Part shown: positions 61,011 to 64,000 of the stretch, piece after piece
Layout: every line of letters begins with the position of its first letter
Position numbering within the stretch: position 1 is the first letter of the stretch
Assembly (NCBI GenBank): GCA_963664875.1
Contig: OY761611.1
Span: 1,408,001 to 1,472,000, forward strand
Length of the DNA: 64,000 bases
Direction: 5' to 3'
Origin: Candidatus Kapaibacterium sp.
Lineage (GTDB): Bacteria; Bacteroidota; Ignavibacteria; Kapaibacteriales; UBA2268
The notes under the pieces: model-generated
Seen by the model: the letters and a program-made list of their open reading frames with translations, nothing else
Told to the model about the DNA's origin: nothing
Databases searched by the model: none
Position numbers and translations under genes: made by a program

Positions 61011-62084
61011 ATGATAGATAATTTGAGATTTGATAGAACAGAATCCCTCTCTAATCACAATTACAATCAATATCGAGGATTTCAACCGCTAGAAAAGTTT
61101 CATCATGAAGGTTATATTAAGTGCAAACTTGTTCATACTTTGGGAAAATCTATTATTGTACCAGACCTAATTTATTTGATTACAGAAAAGTGTCATTTCG
61201 AATGGATTCAATTTTACTCATTTCTGCCATGTTCTCTATTTAAAATCACGGATGAGGAAATTGTAGGTCATTTATATGTTGATATTTCTTTTGGATATAC
61301 TCTAAAAATTACCATAGGGAACCATGATCACCAACACAACCTAAAAGACAACTCCAATTTATTTAAATGTAGAATAGAAGGTCCTCAGAATATTAAGGAT
61401 TTTACTTCGGGTAGAGGAGAAATAATAGATGGAATTCCGTATATAGAACTGTTTCATCATACTCTACCTAAATACAAACGTCTTATTGAGGACAGCTCAT
61501 TTTTTAAGTGTTCAAAATGGAATTACCAAGGTACTAAAGAACTATCTAAGTTTTCTTATTGCTATTTCACCTCACTTCCAGAAATAAAATATCCTAATGA
61601 TCTAAAAATGATTGCGATGGCGTCAGATGGAAAAATACAGTTAATTGTTGATGGGACAGATGAAATTGTAGAGATCGATGTGTATAGGGAAGACACTACA
61701 AATCGAACTTCAACAATTCAATTATTAATTGATACAACAATTATAGAAAACAATCATATATGGGAACATTTAGATGACAGAGGCATAGTTTATTATGAAA
61801 AAAGTAATGCTTTTATCTATAGAATCGGTTTCGAAGTTGGAAAAAATATCTTATTTTCAAACCAAAGAATAGATTGGCAAAATGGAATAAAATTACTAAA
61901 ATATATTATTATTGGAGATGCCACTAATAAAGATGGAATTACTGCTCCTTTTAATGAAGAGGAAACCGAATATATTTTTAAATTTGAACCATTTAAGAGT
62001 AATAATACTAATATTTTGAAATTTTGGTTCGTACATAGAAACTCAGACCTGTTTAGCAATAAAGAAATTGAAAAATTGGAATAA
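61011..62084 (+). CDS. Hypothetical cytoplasmic protein, possible ADP-ribosyltransferase fold
   Basis: 357-aa AT-rich ORF; LFHHT...I..S...YCYFTS pattern. Confidence 0.7.
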   Translation: MIDNLRFDRTESLSNHNYNQYRGFQPLEKFHHEGYIKCKLVHTLGKSIIVPDLIYLITEKCHFEWIQFYSFLPCSLFKITDEEIVGHLYVDISFGYTLKITIGNHDHQHNLKDNSNLFKCRIEGPQNIKDFTSGRGEIIDGIPYIELFHHTLPKYKRLIEDSSFFKCSKWNYQGTKELSKFSYCYFTSLPEIKYPNDLKMIAMASDGKIQLIVDGTDEIVEIDVYREDTTNRTSTIQLLIDTTIIENNHIWEHLDDRGIVYYEKSNAFIYRIGFEVGKNILFSNQRIDWQNGIKLLKYIIIGDATNKDGITAPFNEEETEYIFKFEPFKSNNTNILKFWFVHRNSDLFSNKEIEKLE

Positions 62085-62112
62085 ATAAAGCTCCAACAAT
62101 CATATGTAATTA

Positions 62113-62472
62113 CTACTCACTCCTACTCTTCATAGTTTTCTGAATACTACCGATTATTTTGAGTATTTCCTCAATATCTGATAAAAGACTTTCACCTTCT
62201 TTGTCAGATAGGTATTCACTGCCACGAAGTAAGCGAATCCAATATTTTGTCTCACGAGCCTCTTTATATGCAATAGAAAGTTTAGAAAGAAAATCAGATT
62301 TTGACTGACCTCCAATAGCCTCTTCCACATTCGCCCCAATCGAAGTAGCAGCCCTCATAAACTGCTTAGAAAGAATATATTCCTTCCTTTCATTAGTCAA
62401 CACCTTATAAACACGAACCGACCTTAAGGCAAAATCAAAGCTCTTAGTCAAAATCAAATTATCTTCTTTCAT
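62113..62472 (-). CDS. Four helix bundle protein (TIGR02436 / 23S-IVP family)
   Basis: KSFDFA, LSKQ..RA.TSIGAN.EEA...QSK.DF..KL.IA.KEA.ET.YW. Confidence 0.92.
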   Translation of the reverse strand: MKEDNLILTKSFDFALRSVRVYKVLTNERKEYILSKQFMRAATSIGANVEEAIGGQSKSDFLSKLSIAYKEARETKYWIRLLRGSEYLSDKEGESLLSDIEEILKIIGSIQKTMKSRSE

Positions 62473-62583
62473 GGCACACCTTTATCAAATCTATAGATCT
62501 ACTATAAAATCAACGACAAAAAGAAAAGTTTATTCTATTTAATAAAAAAAGCTGCAAGATAAACACCTCACAGCTTCAAAAAT

Positions 62584-62634
62584 ATTCGTAATTCCAACCA
62601 TCAATTCGTAATTCCTAATTCGAAATTCGTAATT
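62584..62634. repeat. Degenerate heptamer tandem repeat (TTCGTAA)
   Basis: ttcgtaa ttccaac catcaa ttcgtaa ttcctaa ttcgaaa ttcgtaa, directly after the guaA stop. Confidence 0.8.
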
Positions 62635-62638
62635 GACT

Positions 62639-64000
62639 CTACTCCCACTCAATAGTTCCCGGAGGTTTTGACGTAATGTCATAGGTCAATCTATTGATAC
62701 CGCGTACTTCGTTTATGATGCGGTTCGAGATTTTTTCTAATACGTCATGTGGGAAATGGTAGAATTCTGCTGTCATACCGTCAACGCTGGTTACCGCACG
62801 GATGGCACATGCAAATTCGTATGTTCTTTCGTCGCCCATCACGCCAACGCTCTGAACAGGAAGAAGAACTGCGAATGCCTGCCAGATTTCATCGTATAAG
62901 CCGGCTTTTTCGATTTCGTCTAAGTAGATTTCATCTGCCTTGCGGAGTATGTCGCATTTCTCTTTTGTTACTTCACCCAACACGCGGATACCTAAGCCCG
63001 GCCCCGGGAAAGGATGGCGTTTGATGAACCACTCAGGAATGCCAAGCTCACGGCCAACCGCTCTTACTTCATCTTTGAAGAGTTCGCGGAACGGCTCTAA
63101 AAGCTTAAACTTCATATCTTCTGGCAAGCCGCCAACGTTGTGGTGCGATTTGATAGTAGCAGAAGGGCCTTTCACAGAAACGGATTCGATCACGTCCGGA
63201 TATAAAGTACCTTGTGCCAACCACTTAGCATTCGCTTTTTTCTCAGCAGCTGCATCAAATAAATCTATAAATGCTTTACCAATAATCTTTCTTTTCTTTT
63301 CAGGATCGCTAACGCCTGCAAGTCCGCCTAGGAACTCTTCTTCGCCGTTCACCACTTCAATGCTCATATCAAAGTGTTCGTTGAACATCTTCTCGATATT
63401 TTCACTTTCGTTCATGCGCATCAGACCTGAGTCCACGTGGATGCAATGAAGCTTGTCGCCGATAGCTTGATGAATAAGAACTGCCGTAACAGTTGAATCC
63501 ACACCACCGCTAAGACCGCAGATAACTTCGTCATCGCCCACAGTTTCGCGGATATTTTTGATTGCCTCTTCTACAAAAGACTTAGCAGACCATGTATCTT
63601 TGCAACCGCAGATGTCGCGCACAAAGTTTTTAAGCATGATTTTGCCGTCAAGAGAGTGATGCACTTCCGGGTGGAACTGAATACCCCAGATTTTTCTTTC
63701 CGGATTACGCATAGCGCAGATCGGAGCGTTATGAGTGTGGGCAATCACCTCAAAGCCTTCAGGGGCTTTAGTCAGAGAGTCGCCGTGGCTCATCCAAACC
63801 TGAGAGTCTTTAGAAATACCTTTGAACAGGTCAGAATCATCATCGATTGTAACCATAGCCTTGCCATATTCGCGTTTAGCAGCGGCATCCACTTCACCTT
63901 GGTTTTGATATGCAATAAGCTGCAAACCATAACAAATACCAAGAACGGGCAATCCCAAACTAAACACGTCGAAGCTAGGACGTGGAGCGTCCGCGGCATA
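62639..64000 (-). CDS. guaA: GMP synthase (glutamine-hydrolysing), 5'-truncated by window edge
   Basis: [50 protein letters not shown]; frame open to 64000. Confidence 0.98.
   Translation of the reverse strand, partial: YAADAPRPSFDVFSLGLPVLGICYGLQLIAYQNQGEVDAAAKREYGKAMVTIDDDSDLFKGISKDSQVWMSHGDSLTKAPEGFEVIAHTHNAPICAMRNPERKIWGIQFHPEVHHSLDGKIMLKNFVRDICGCKDTWSAKSFVEEAIKNIRETVGDDEVICGLSGGVDSTVTAVLIHQAIGDKLHCIHVDSGLMRMNESENIEKMFNEHFDMSIEVVNGEEEFLGGLAGVSDPEKKRKIIGKAFIDLFDAAAEKKANAKWLAQGTLYPDVIESVSVKGPSATIKSHHNVGGLPEDMKFKLLEPFRELFKDEVRAVGRELGIPEWFIKRHPFPGPGLGIRVLGEVTKEKCDILRKADEIYLDEIEKAGLYDEIWQAFAVLLPVQSVGVMGDERTYEFACAIRAVTSVDGMTAEFYHFPHDVLEKISNRIINEVRGINRLTYDITSKPPGTIEWE

Noticed and set aside
49434-62472. 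Possible diversity-generating retroelement (Avd-like four helix bundle plus near-identical repeat pairs)
   Set aside because: No reverse transcriptase in the window; repeat mismatches are third-position changes of all base types, not adenine-specific

Overview
AT-rich bacterial chromosome segment from the FCB group. T9SS-sorted proteins and TAnnTTTG promoters occur together with a CIRCE element and Shine-Dalgarno use, which suggests a non-Bacteroidia lineage such as Ca. Kapabacteria (inference). The left two-thirds is mostly housekeeping: GT2, ychF, groES-groEL with CIRCE, two tandem minus-strand rRNA operons (16S-Ile-Ala-23S-5S), rpsF-rplI without rpsR, an S1-domain protein, pepP, trxB, a TonB-dependent receptor and lysC-lysA. 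The right third, up to a partial guaA, is accessory. The most notable pattern is a repeated, integrase-free architecture in which cargo genes sit between an intact gene and a short duplicated end of that same gene. It involves the lysC 5' end, the 3' end plus terminator of a T9SS protein gene, and three stubs of a phosphatase gene. The phosphatase and T9SS stubs differ from the intact copies mostly at synonymous sites. Other oddities are an apparent H58/H59 loss in both 23S genes, an EUB338-site variant in one 16S copy, a baeRF/Balon-like stress cassette and a candidate H-Y-type ADP-ribosyltransferase near guaA. Family assignments come from motif recognition only; no searches were run.
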